A DNA stretch of 64,000 bases from an uncultured Planctomycetales bacterium (GTDB taxonomy: Bacteria > Planctomycetota > Phycisphaerae > UBA1845 > PWPN01). Location: contig CAZUAI010000002.1 of assembly GCA_964617875.1 (NCBI GenBank), positions 59,230 to 123,229 on the forward strand. The letters are read 5' to 3'. Of the stretch, positions 8,365 through 17,210 are shown one piece after another. The position numbers and the translations under genes were made by a program. The notes under the pieces were generated by a model. The model was not told where the DNA came from and made no database searches. It was given only the letters and a program-made list of their open reading frames with translations. Positions within the stretch are counted from its first letter, which is position 1; the number at the start of each line of letters is the position of its first letter.

Positions 8365-10059
8365 ATGCTTGCCGAAACCGCCGCATTCACGCGCCTCGAC
8401 TGGTACGTGCTCATCGCCTACTTCGTGGGCATCACCTGCTTCGGCCTGTGGATCTCCCGGAGGATCCGCAGCAGCGGCGGCTACTTCCTCGGCGACCGGC
8501 AGCTGCCCTGGTGGGTGATGGTCGGCCAGGCCTTCGGCACGGGCACGAACGCCGAGAACCCCGTTGCCCAGACCGGTGCGACGTGCGGCGCCGGCTTCGC
8601 CACGATCTGGTATCAGTGGAAGAACATGCTCATCACGCCGTTCTACTGGCTGATGAGCCCCTGGTATCGCCGGAGCGAGCGGACGACGATCGGCGAGATC
8701 ATCCAGGACCGCTACGGCCGTGGCATGGCTCTGCTGTACACGGTCTTTGCGATCTCGTTCTTCGTCTTCAACCAGGGGGCGATGCTCAAAGGGGCGGGCA
8801 AGATCATCTCCGTTGCGACCGGCGAAGCCATCTCGCCGAACGGGGTCGTGTTCGCCATGACCGCGACGTTCATCGTCTACAGTTTCTTCGGCGGGCTGCT
8901 CGCCTCGGCATACACGGACTTCATCCAGGGCCTGCTGATCATCGTACTGTCGTTCCTGCTCATTCCCACGGGGCTGTCGGCCGTCGGCGGGTTCGCGAAG
9001 ATGCGGGAGGTCCTGCCGCCGGATTTCTTCAACCTGTACAGCGACGCGAGCGGGCTCGACGCCTTTACGATCGCGATGCTGGCCGTCAACGGCCTTGTGG
9101 GCATCACGGCCCAGCCGCACATCCTGACGATGAACGCCACCGGCCGCACCGAGCGGGCCGGCCGGATCGGCCAGACCTACGGCTCGATGGTCAAGCGGTT
9201 CTGCACGATCGGCTGGGCACTGACCGGCCTGATCGTCGCCGCGATGGTTCTCGAGCGGCACCAGGCGATGCCCGACAAGGAACATGCCTTCGGCTACGCC
9301 TGCCGCGAGTTGCTCGGGCCGGGCATCGTCGGCCTGATGGTCGCGTGCGTGCTGGCCGCGAACATGTCCACGTGTTCGAACTTCATGGTGAACACAGGCG
9401 CCTTGTTCACGCGGAACCTCTACGCAAGCTACATCAACCCCACGGCGAGCGACGCGAGACTGCTCATCGTAGGCCGGCTGTCCGGGCTGGGGCTGACGGC
9501 GCTCGGGATCCTCTTTGCGCTGACGGTGGACCAGATCCTCGACGCCTTCCTCTTTACGGAGACGATCGCCGCGCTGATGGGGATCATGTTCCTCGGCGGC
9601 GTCCTGTGGAAGCGGGCGAACCGGTACGGCGCGCTGGCGGCGACGGTCGGCTCCTTCGCCGTTTACTACGGCGTCAACTGGCATGCGACCGGCCAACTCC
9701 AGCTCGTCTACCGATGGACGCCCGGGCCGTACGGCTGGGCGACGCTGGCGGGGTTCGTACTGCTGATCCTCGTCAGCCTGCTGACGCGCCCGGAGGACCA
9801 CGCGCGGATCGAGCGGTTCTTCGAGAACATGCGCCGCTCGACAGACACCGAGGGTCTGCCGGCCGGCGGACCCCGTCCGCTCGCCCGCGACCGCGGCCAG
9901 GACATGCTGCTGCTCGATCTGCCCGGATGGCTGACCCGGGAACGATGGCGGGGCTTCTTCACGCGTTACCGCGAGGACCTGATCGGCTTCGTGCTGGGCT
10001 GGTTGACGGTCGGCGTGCTCGTGCTGATGGCATGGGGACTGATGCAGCTCGGAAAGTGA
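8365..10059 (+). CDS. Sodium:solute symporter (SSS) family transporter
   Basis: Multi-TM protein with an SSS N-terminal pattern (LDWYVLIAYFVGITCFGLWISRRIRSSGGYFLGDRQLPWWV). The start is taken at the internal ATG (MLAETAAF). Confidence 0.85.
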   Translation: MLAETAAFTRLDWYVLIAYFVGITCFGLWISRRIRSSGGYFLGDRQLPWWVMVGQAFGTGTNAENPVAQTGATCGAGFATIWYQWKNMLITPFYWLMSPWYRRSERTTIGEIIQDRYGRGMALLYTVFAISFFVFNQGAMLKGAGKIISVATGEAISPNGVVFAMTATFIVYSFFGGLLASAYTDFIQGLLIIVLSFLLIPTGLSAVGGFAKMREVLPPDFFNLYSDASGLDAFTIAMLAVNGLVGITAQPHILTMNATGRTERAGRIGQTYGSMVKRFCTIGWALTGLIVAAMVLERHQAMPDKEHAFGYACRELLGPGIVGLMVACVLAANMSTCSNFMVNTGALFTRNLYASYINPTASDARLLIVGRLSGLGLTALGILFALTVDQILDAFLFTETIAALMGIMFLGGVLWKRANRYGALAATVGSFAVYYGVNWHATGQLQLVYRWTPGPYGWATLAGFVLLILVSLLTRPEDHARIERFFENMRRSTDTEGLPAGGPRPLARDRGQDMLLLDLPGWLTRERWRGFFTRYREDLIGFVLGWLTVGVLVLMAWGLMQLGK

Positions 10060-10145
10060 GCATCGACGGCAGCGTGGAAACCGGGTATCCTGCTCTCGTC
10101 GCGGGGCGGGCCCTTCGAGCCCATTACCCCGTCACGGAGGTTGTC

Positions 10146-10727
10146 ATGAACGTTCTTCCCCTGTTGGCGATGGTTGCGACCGGTTGGATTGTCCTCGGGA
10201 TCATCATCCTCCTCGTCCTGATTCTGATCGGGATGTACAACGGGCTGGTTCGGGCGCGGATGGCCGTCAAGAACGCCTGGAGCCAGATCGACGTACAGCT
10301 CAAACGGCGGTACGACCTCATCCCCAACCTCGTCGAAACGGTCAAAGGCTATGCCGCCCACGAGAAGGGAACGCTCGAGGCGGTCATCAAGGCCCGCCAG
10401 CAATGTATCGACGCCAGCGGCGTGGCCAAACAGGCCGTCGCCGAGAACATGCTCACCGGCGCGCTCCGCCAGCTGTTCGCGCTCTGCGAGGCCTACCCCG
10501 ATCTGAAGGCCAACCAGAACTTCGGCCAACTCCAGGAGGAGCTGTCCAGCACCGAGAACAAGATCAGCTTCGCCCGCCAGTACTACAACAACACGGTGGA
10601 AAACTACAACACCAAGATCCAGTCGTTCCCGGCGGTCGTGTTCGCGCCGATGCTCGGCTTCACTCCTGAAGAGTTTTTTGAGCTGGAGGACGCCGCGCAG
10701 CGCGAAGCGCCGAAGGTCAGCTTCTGA
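10146..10727 (+). CDS. lemA: LemA family protein
   Basis: N-terminal TM helix, then YNGLVRARMAVKNAWSQIDVQLKRRYDLIPNLVETVKGYAAHEKGTLEAV...ENKISFARQYYN. Only the last 193 codons of track ORF 8328..10727 are real. Confidence 0.85.
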   Translation: MNVLPLLAMVATGWIVLGIIILLVLILIGMYNGLVRARMAVKNAWSQIDVQLKRRYDLIPNLVETVKGYAAHEKGTLEAVIKARQQCIDASGVAKQAVAENMLTGALRQLFALCEAYPDLKANQNFGQLQEELSSTENKISFARQYYNNTVENYNTKIQSFPAVVFAPMLGFTPEEFFELEDAAQREAPKVSF

Positions 10728-10785
10728 AGTCATAACCTCTTTCGGCAAAACAAGTTTCATCAGATGAGAGGCTCGGCTTGGTCGC

Positions 10786-10816
10786 AGGCGGACGGAAATC
10801 CGTCTGTCTTGTTGTC
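10786..10816 (+). terminator. Candidate intrinsic terminator after lemA
   Basis: Hairpin AGGCGGACGG-aaat-CCGTCTGTCT (two G-U pairs) followed by the T-rich stretch tgttgtctgggtt. Confidence 0.5.
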
Positions 10817-10887
10817 TGGGTTAGTGCCATGCCCTGTCTGGTTTGGGCCGGTGTGCCCTGGATGCGAAGTTTCTCATTTCACCGGGC

Positions 10888-10916
10888 TGGACAACTCGCC
10901 GACATGATGCTATACT
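10888..10916 (+). promoter_or_regulatory. Sigma70-like promoter (TGGACA-17 nt-TATACT) about 175 nt upstream of the RRM protein gene
   Basis: Hexamers at 10888-10893 and 10911-10916, with spacing counted directly. They sit in a conspicuously AT-richer 360-nt intergenic region. Confidence 0.55.
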
Positions 10917-11092
10917 GCTGGTCGGTTGGTTGTCGAACGAGCCGCGTACGTGATGTCTGATCTCAATATCCGCATCCGCACATTGTCTCAGTCGTCCGCC
11001 TACCATGTTGGGCCGAATCGGCGGCCTCTTTCAGATCGGGCCCGGAAAGTATGGAAACGGGCCAGTATGTAGCCCATGCTCAGGAGAACTAT

Positions 11093-11449
11093 ATGGGCAA
11101 GAAGTTGTATGTTGGAAATCTACCCTACAGTGTCGGCAGCTCCGATTTGGAACGGATGTTTTCGGAGCACGGCTCGGTGCAGAGTGCGGAAGTCATCAGC
11201 GACCGCATGACTGGCCGGAGCAAGGGGTTCGGGTTCGTGGAAATGGGTTCCGATGAGGAGGCCCAAGCTGCGATTTCGGCTCTGAACGGCAAGGACCACG
11301 GCGGCCGTCCGCTGACCGTCAACGAGGCCAAGCCTCGCGAGGATCGTGGCGGTGGCGGCGGCGGCGGGCGCGGCGGCTACGGCGGCGGCCGTGGCGGCGG
11401 CGGTGGCCGTGGTGGCTACGGCGGCGGTGGCCGCGGCAATCGCTATTGA
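11093..11449 (+). CDS. RNA-binding protein, single RRM domain with a Gly/Arg/Tyr-rich (RGG) tail
   Basis: RNP2 LYVGNL and RNP1 KGFGFVEM motifs. C-terminal tail GGGGGGGRGGYGGGRGGGGGRGGYGGGGRGNRY. Confidence 0.9.
   Translation: MGKKLYVGNLPYSVGSSDLERMFSEHGSVQSAEVISDRMTGRSKGFGFVEMGSDEEAQAAISALNGKDHGGRPLTVNEAKPREDRGGGGGGGRGGYGGGRGGGGGRGGYGGGGRGNRY
11345..11446 (+). repeat. Low-complexity GGC/GGT-rich tandem repeat encoding the RGG/RGGYGGG tail
   Basis: Read directly: cgtggcggtggcggcggcggcgggcgcggcggctacggcggcggccgtggcggcggcggtggccgtggtggctacggc... Confidence 0.8.
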
Positions 11450-11482
11450 TTGACCGTATCCCCCGCAAGCAAGCTGAACAAG

Positions 11483-11514
11483 AAGGTCGCCCGTCTCGGG
11501 CGACCTTTTTTTCT
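11483..11514 (+). terminator. Rho-independent terminator after the RRM protein gene
   Basis: AAGGTCGCCCG-tctc-GGGCGACCTT stem-loop followed by a tttttttc run. Confidence 0.8.
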
Positions 11515-11712
11515 TGTCCAACAGGGCTTCAACGTCCTCGTCGTCAAGCACCACCACACTTCGGGCCAACCGAGCGGATCCCCCCGCGTCGCCCGTAGAC
11601 TGCCCCACCCATAGCGGTGTCCTGAGATCCTGGACGAGATCGAAGGGACCGTCGTATGTAAAGGCAATCACGACATCCGCCGCCGTGCGGGGCGGTCTTT
11701 GCACGCGGCCTG

Positions 11713-12792
11713 TCAGGAAGGACACCGACCTGTGCGTTGCAGGGCTTCCGCCGGACTCGCCGCGACAGCGGTTCGCGGAACCCACGCGCCAAGGGCGAGC
11801 CAGCGGAGCCAGAACGAGCGTCGCATCACATATTTCGCCAATATGACTGGCGCTGTGAGCCCCAGGAGGAGGTCCATCACAAACACTCCGCCGCTGTGCC
11901 ACCCGAGGAAGCGGCCGAAGAGCACGCGGGCGCCGATCTGAAAGAAGCCGCTCATGAGGTAGATGTCGTACGAATGCCACCCGAGCAGGTTGACGACCGA
12001 CTGCAGCCGACCCGGATACCGCGCCAGGCGAAGGGCAGCTCCCCAAACCAGAAGAATGCCAACGGCGGTGTAGAAGAGCGCGAACGGCCACACGTGCCCG
12101 ATGCGGTCATAGGCCACGAAGCCGCCCATGGCGACCAGGACCAGCGGCGTCAGCCTGCGAACGAGGTTCTCTGCGGCGACAGCCCGCTGCGACACGAGGT
12201 GCCCCAGCCAGAACCAGATTGCATAGTAGGCCACGGTATTGATGCCCAGGACCGCCGGCAAGAACCTGTGCGACGCGACGCTCAGGCCGATCATGACGAC
12301 AAGGCCGACGAGGATGGGGGAACGCCTGCCGTAATCCGGTCGGAGCAGGGCATGCACGGCGAGGAACAGCATCTGCATCAGGAACAACACATAGACGAAC
12401 CACAGGTTGATGAGCGGATTGCGACTCGGATACAGGAGTACATCGCGCAGGAGTCGGTCCGCTTGCACGGGCCTGCTGACGAAGTCCCTGAGCACGATCT
12501 TGACGAGCGTCGCAACGCAGGTGTAGAAGAGATACACCACGAACAAGCGGTTGAACTGCTTCCACACGAGGCCGGCGCGACGCCCCGGGAGACTTCGGAA
12601 GAAGGCCGAGCCGACGAATCCGGAAATAAAAAAGAAGAGGTGCATGTGGAAGGAATAGATGATCGCGTGAGAAGCCCGGGCCACCGTCGCGTCGCCCAAT
12701 GTGTCGAGGCTATGTCCGACAACCACAAGAAGGATGCCCAGCCCCCGCATCAGGTGAATTGTGGTATTGAATGTGGGTGTCGAAGCGGCCAT
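11713..12792 (-). CDS. Acyltransferase family 3 (OafA-like) integral membrane protein
   Basis: Start HLMRGLGILLVVVGHS (Acyl_transf_3 motif) followed by about 10 hydrophobic segments. The ATG at 12792 is chosen (MAASTPTF). Confidence 0.8.
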   Translation of the reverse strand: MAASTPTFNTTIHLMRGLGILLVVVGHSLDTLGDATVARASHAIIYSFHMHLFFFISGFVGSAFFRSLPGRRAGLVWKQFNRLFVVYLFYTCVATLVKIVLRDFVSRPVQADRLLRDVLLYPSRNPLINLWFVYVLFLMQMLFLAVHALLRPDYGRRSPILVGLVVMIGLSVASHRFLPAVLGINTVAYYAIWFWLGHLVSQRAVAAENLVRRLTPLVLVAMGGFVAYDRIGHVWPFALFYTAVGILLVWGAALRLARYPGRLQSVVNLLGWHSYDIYLMSGFFQIGARVLFGRFLGWHSGGVFVMDLLLGLTAPVILAKYVMRRSFWLRWLALGAWVPRTAVAASPAEALQRTGRCPS

Positions 12793-12802
12793 GGGCTCCC
12801 CG

Positions 12803-12820
12803 GACAATTGTAACATTGTC
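12803..12820. promoter_or_regulatory. Inverted repeat GACAAT-tgtaac-ATTGTC in a 48-bp divergent intergenic region
   Basis: Read directly. It lies between the acyltransferase start (12792, minus) and the 702-aa ORF start (12841/12847, plus). Confidence 0.35.
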
Positions 12821-12840
12821 GCCGTAAGGAGATCAATCCC

Positions 12841-14949
12841 GTGAGAATGTTTGGCTTATCAATGCTGTGCGCGGTCGGGTTCGTCTGGACGGCTGTCGTG
12901 GGTGCCGGCAGTGCCGCCGGCGCGGAGGGTCTGGTGAACGTCGGCGCCGCGTTCCGCGCGGATACGCCGTTTCCACAGTTCATGCCGCTGTGGCTCGAGG
13001 GCTGGGCCCTCGCCCATGAGCAGGGGGAGAGCCTGGAATCGCTCCAGGCCAAAAACGCCCTCGGCGGCTACGTACACGTGTGCCTTCAGAACAGTTCGTC
13101 AGAGCCGCTCGCCGTCTCCGACGTGCTGCTCGACGGGATCAGCCTGACGCAGGCCCTGGCGTTCGCCCCGGAAAAGACGGCCGGCTTCTTCCCGGCGAGC
13201 ATCCGCTTCGCAAAGCTTCCGAAGGCCGACTTCGACCGGCTCATGCGGGCCGGCGAGCCGCTCTGGTGGAAGGTCGATCCGCAGACGATCGCCGCCGGCA
13301 GTTTTGCGGAGCTGATCGTACGGCTGCGGACGGTCCCGACCGGCAGTTCGCTGCCGATCCGCGTTGTGGCCGGCACGGCGTCCGTCGATGCGAGCGTGGA
13401 GGTCGGCCGCGAGCAGCCGCGGGCGATGGCGATCCGCTTCTCGCCCGCATTCGACCGGGCATTCCTCTACGTCCGCCACCCGAAAGGCCCGGGCACGGCC
13501 CCGGTGCAGGTGCGGCTCGACGGGCAGGACGTCACGGCCCGCTCGGCCATCGCGTCGGATGGCGCCGTTGACGTTGCGCCGATCGTCATTCGTCCGGCGT
13601 CGCCACTGGCCAGGGGCTCGTTCCACGTTTTCGAGGCGGCCTATGCCGACGGATCGGCGGCCCGCGCGGGCCTCCGCGCCTACGCCGACGATTTCGTCTA
13701 CGGCATGTGGGGCTACATCAACGAAGGCAAGACGGATCAGGAGCGTGTGGATTACTTCCTGAACGACATGCGGAAGCACAACATCAACACGTTCATGGAC
13801 TCCATTCCGAACGAAGTGCGTTCGTACATGGAGACCGAAAAGGGCTGGAAGCAGTGCCAGGCTCTGGGCTTTCGCGCATTCGCCAAATGGCCGGGCAAGG
13901 TGCGCGATCCCGCGTACTACTTCCTCATGGATGAGCCCGACGCGCACGACTTCGCCGTCAAGGACCTCGCGATCAACGAACGCCTCGGCTCTCTCGGCCA
14001 GGACCTCGTCCGCCACAGTGGCAAAATCCGTGCCCGGGATCCGCAGCCGCCCCACCTGCTGAACATCGACAACACGTACAAGCCGGCCAACTACTACACC
14101 TACGCCCAGCTGGGCGACGTCTGCTGCTCCGACCCGTACTACCAGGAGCAGCAGAAGATCGTGTGGAACCGCCGGCTGGCCTGGCTGCCGGGGTTCCTGA
14201 AGCCGACGTACGTCCTCGCGGCCTCGACGATCTGCCAGTCCGCCTGTGCCCCCAAGCCGCTGCACATCATCCTGAACTCCGTCCGCCACGACCCGGTGAA
14301 GGACCCCAAGATCCGGCCGGAGGACCAGGAAACGTTCCGCTTCGCCACACCGCAGGAGAAGCAGGTCGAGGCCTTCTACGCCCTGGCGGCCGGAGCGACC
14401 GCATTTTCCTACTGGTGGTACACGCCGTACGGGGAGTTCTACGGCTGCGGCGGTTCGTCGCCGGACGCGAAGGCCCTCTGGCGCGAGATCGGCCTGCTGG
14501 GCGCGCAGATCCGCACGGCCGGCCCGCTGCTCGTCCGCGGCTGCCCGGCGACGGTGCCCGTGAAGGCGTCGAAGTACGTGTGGGTCCGCTCGCTCCTGGC
14601 CGGCACCGATGCGCTCGTGCTCCTGATCGTGAACGACAACTTCGGCAGCGATCGCGCCGGCACGGTTTACGTTCCGATCGAGAAGGCGGCGGTGACCGTG
14701 ACGCCGCCGGCGTGGCTGACGCCGAAGGACGTCTTCGAGGTCGCCTGCGAGGGCCCGCGCGACGTCCGGTGGAAGCCGGACGGCAAGCAGGTCGCCCTGG
14801 ATCTCGGCCGGGTCGAGATGACGCGCATGATCGTGATCGCCGCCGACCCGCAGTGCCGTGGGCAACTGCGGGAGCTGTATACGAAGCAGTTCGCGGCCAA
14901 CGTGCGAGCTTTGCTGGCGAGCGAACCGAAGAAGCCGCCGGCCCGATGA
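12841..14949 (+). CDS. Secreted hypothetical protein (702 aa); possible glycoside-hydrolase-like fold, family not recognised
   Basis: Signal peptide MRMFGLSMLCAVGFVWTAVVGAGSAAGA. Non-repetitive, protein-like composition. AAGGAG lies upstream of GTG 12841/ATG 12847. The context is carbohydrate-active genes. Confidence 0.7.
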   Translation: MRMFGLSMLCAVGFVWTAVVGAGSAAGAEGLVNVGAAFRADTPFPQFMPLWLEGWALAHEQGESLESLQAKNALGGYVHVCLQNSSSEPLAVSDVLLDGISLTQALAFAPEKTAGFFPASIRFAKLPKADFDRLMRAGEPLWWKVDPQTIAAGSFAELIVRLRTVPTGSSLPIRVVAGTASVDASVEVGREQPRAMAIRFSPAFDRAFLYVRHPKGPGTAPVQVRLDGQDVTARSAIASDGAVDVAPIVIRPASPLARGSFHVFEAAYADGSAARAGLRAYADDFVYGMWGYINEGKTDQERVDYFLNDMRKHNINTFMDSIPNEVRSYMETEKGWKQCQALGFRAFAKWPGKVRDPAYYFLMDEPDAHDFAVKDLAINERLGSLGQDLVRHSGKIRARDPQPPHLLNIDNTYKPANYYTYAQLGDVCCSDPYYQEQQKIVWNRRLAWLPGFLKPTYVLAASTICQSACAPKPLHIILNSVRHDPVKDPKIRPEDQETFRFATPQEKQVEAFYALAAGATAFSYWWYTPYGEFYGCGGSSPDAKALWREIGLLGAQIRTAGPLLVRGCPATVPVKASKYVWVRSLLAGTDALVLLIVNDNFGSDRAGTVYVPIEKAAVTVTPPAWLTPKDVFEVACEGPRDVRWKPDGKQVALDLGRVEMTRMIVIAADPQCRGQLRELYTKQFAANVRALLASEPKKPPAR

Positions 14950-14962
14950 ACCGAGGGAAGCC

Positions 14963-17191
14963 ATGATCTTCCGCCGATATTTCCGCCTGGGACGCTTTGT
15001 CGCGGCCCGCAGTAGTGTCCTGGGGTGCAGGCCCCGGAACGGCGAACGGACGCGGGCGAGATGCCTGCGCCGCGTGGAAGCCGCCCGACGGCAGGCGCTC
15101 CCGGGATTGATCCTGTATCTCGCGTTCGCAGGCATCGCCTTCGCACAGGCGACCCGCCCGGCCGATTCGCAGCGCCGGCCGCGGGTGCTGATCATCGGCG
15201 ATTCCATTTCGATCGGGTACACCAGGCCCGTCATCGCACTGCTGCGAGACGAAGCCGACGTGTCCCGCATCCCCGGCAATGCGGCCCACACGTGGAACGG
15301 CCTTGAGAAGCTGGATGCGTGGCTCGCCGCCGGCACGTGGGACGTGATTCATTTCAACTGGGGCCTGCACGACCTCAAGCACCTCAAGGGCGACCAGCTC
15401 GACCTGGCCGGCAAGCGCGTATCCACCGCGCAGGAATACGAGGCGAACCTGACGAAGCTCGTCACCCGGCTTCGGGCCACCGGGGCCAGGCTCATCTGGG
15501 CCAGCACCACGCCGATCCCCCACGGCGCCGCCGGGCGCATCCAGGGGCAGGAGATCGAGTTCAACGACATCGCCCGCAAGGTCATGGACGCGCACGGCGT
15601 GACCGTCAACGATCTGCACGCCTGCGTCCTGCCGCACCTCGCCGAGTACCAGCAGCCGCGCAACGTGCATTTCACGGCCGCCGGGTCCGACTTCCTCGCC
15701 CGCAAGGTGGCCCGCAGCATCCGCGGCATGCTCCGGAACGCCAGGCCGCCGTTCGACATGCCCGAGGTCCAGCCGCCGGTTTTCCCGGACCGGACCATCG
15801 ACATTCGCGACCACGGCGCCGTCGCCGACGGCAAGACGCTCAACACGCGCGCGATCGCGGCCGCCATCGACGCCTGTGCGGCGGCGGGCGGCGGACGGGT
15901 GCTGGTCCCCGCGGGCGTCTGGCTCACGGGCGCGATCCACCTCAAGAGCAACATCAACCTGCACCTGGCCGAAGGGGCCGAATTGCGGTTCAGCACGAAC
16001 CCGGAGGACTACCTCCCGGCCGTCTTCGTGCGCTGGGGCGGCTTCGAGTGCTTCAACTACTCGCCGCTTCTCTATGCCAACAATTGCGAGAACGTCGCCG
16101 TCACCGGCAAGGGCACGCTCGAAGGGCAGGGCAGGCCGTGGTGGACGTGGGTCCAGGAGCAGGACCGTGTGGCGCAGAAGCTGTACCGCATGGTGCTCGA
16201 CGGCGTGCCGCCGCAGGACCGCCGCTTCGGGAACCCCCACGATCCCCTGCGCCCGCAGTTCTTCCAGCCGATCCGCTGCCGCAACGTGCTCGTCGAGGGC
16301 GTCACGATCACCGCCGGGCCGTTCTGGACGATCCAGGCGGTGTACTGCGAAAACGTCCTCATTCGCGGCGTGACGATCCTCAACGACGGCCCCAACAACG
16401 ACGGCATGAACCTCGATTCGTCGCGGAACGCCGTCATCGAGCATTGTGTCTTCGAGACGGGCGACGACTCCATCGCGCTGAAGTCGGGCCTGAACGAGGA
16501 CGGCTGGCGCGTCGGCCGGCCGACGGAGAACGTCGTCGTCCGCCATTGCCGGATGCGGCGCGGCCACGGCGGCGTGGTAATCGGCAGCGAGATGTCGGGC
16601 GACGTCCGCAACGTCTTCGTACACGACTGCGATTTCAGCGGCTCGCTCATGGGTCTGCGGGTCAAGTCCTCGCGCGGCCGCGGCGGAATCGTCGAGCACA
16701 TCTGGTGCCAGGACATCACCCTCGGCGACATCCTCGACACGGGCATCCTTCTGCACACGGACTACAAGGCCTGGTTCGGCTCGGGCCAGGGCAAGGCGCC
16801 GCGGTTCCGCGACATCCACATCAGCCACGTGACCGGGCGGCGAGCGGACACCGCGGTGCGGATCTCCGGCCTCCCGGAGCAGGCCATCGAGGACGTCTCG
16901 CTCGAAGACGTCGCGCTCGGCGGCAAACGCGGCCTGGTGTGCAATGAAGCCCGGGGCATCACGCTGACGGATGTGGCGGTCGTTCCGGCGACGGGGCCGG
17001 CGTTGCTGTTCCGCAACGCCCGGGACTGCGTTCTTCGCCGGTGCCTCTGTCGGCCGGATTTCGCGTCGTGCGTTCACATCGAAGGCGAGAAGAGCCGGGG
17101 GATCCGGCTGGATGCCATGCCGTCCGCGACGTCAAGGCCGGTCGTGACGTTCGGCAACGGCGCCTCGCGCGGTGCCGTGGTGCGGGAATGA
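14963..17191 (+). CDS. Fusion protein: SGNH/GDSL esterase (CE12-like) plus GH28 polygalacturonase/rhamnogalacturonase-like beta-helix
   Basis: GDSL block RVLIIGDSISIGYT and WDVIHFNWGLHD. GH28-type DIRDHGAVADGKTLNTRAIAAAIDACAAAGGGRVLVPAGVWLTGAIHLKSNINL, NDGMNLDS, GDDSIALKSG, RGHGGVVIGSE. An alternative in-frame GTG at 15074 would give a Tat-like signal (ARRQALPGLILYLAFAGIAFAQA). Confidence 0.85.
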   Translation: MIFRRYFRLGRFVAARSSVLGCRPRNGERTRARCLRRVEAARRQALPGLILYLAFAGIAFAQATRPADSQRRPRVLIIGDSISIGYTRPVIALLRDEADVSRIPGNAAHTWNGLEKLDAWLAAGTWDVIHFNWGLHDLKHLKGDQLDLAGKRVSTAQEYEANLTKLVTRLRATGARLIWASTTPIPHGAAGRIQGQEIEFNDIARKVMDAHGVTVNDLHACVLPHLAEYQQPRNVHFTAAGSDFLARKVARSIRGMLRNARPPFDMPEVQPPVFPDRTIDIRDHGAVADGKTLNTRAIAAAIDACAAAGGGRVLVPAGVWLTGAIHLKSNINLHLAEGAELRFSTNPEDYLPAVFVRWGGFECFNYSPLLYANNCENVAVTGKGTLEGQGRPWWTWVQEQDRVAQKLYRMVLDGVPPQDRRFGNPHDPLRPQFFQPIRCRNVLVEGVTITAGPFWTIQAVYCENVLIRGVTILNDGPNNDGMNLDSSRNAVIEHCVFETGDDSIALKSGLNEDGWRVGRPTENVVVRHCRMRRGHGGVVIGSEMSGDVRNVFVHDCDFSGSLMGLRVKSSRGRGGIVEHIWCQDITLGDILDTGILLHTDYKAWFGSGQGKAPRFRDIHISHVTGRRADTAVRISGLPEQAIEDVSLEDVALGGKRGLVCNEARGITLTDVAVVPATGPALLFRNARDCVLRRCLCRPDFASCVHIEGEKSRGIRLDAMPSATSRPVVTFGNGASRGAVVRE

Positions 17192-17210
17192 AGGCCCGCC
17201 CCCGCGACGT

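Noticed and set aside
8328-10145. The first ~600 codons of the 799-aa ORF 8328..10727, overlapping the symporter gene in another frame.
   Set aside because: The Arg/Pro/Gly-rich translation (…RRLLPRRPAAALVGDGRPGLRHGHERREPRCPDRCDVRRRLRH…) has no motifs. The +1-shifted frame encodes a clean multi-TM SSS transporter. Only the LemA part from ATG 10146 is kept.
11514-11712. A minus-strand reading frame (part of ORF 11120..12091) translating to …DVVIAFTYDGPFDLVQDLRTPLWVGQSTGD…VVVLDDEDVEALLDKKK, which looks protein-like.
   Set aside because: It has no start codon that avoids the acyltransferase 3' end. The frame runs straight through the rbp terminator hairpin and antisense to the rbp gene without a stop. 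At best it is a decayed remnant and cannot be supported as a gene.
13099-17077. Long minus-strand ORFs 13099..15336 (745 aa) and 14267..17077 (936 aa).
   Set aside because: They are antisense to the 702-aa secreted protein and the SGNH-GH28 fusion. They have extreme Arg/Gly/Pro/Asp content and no motifs.
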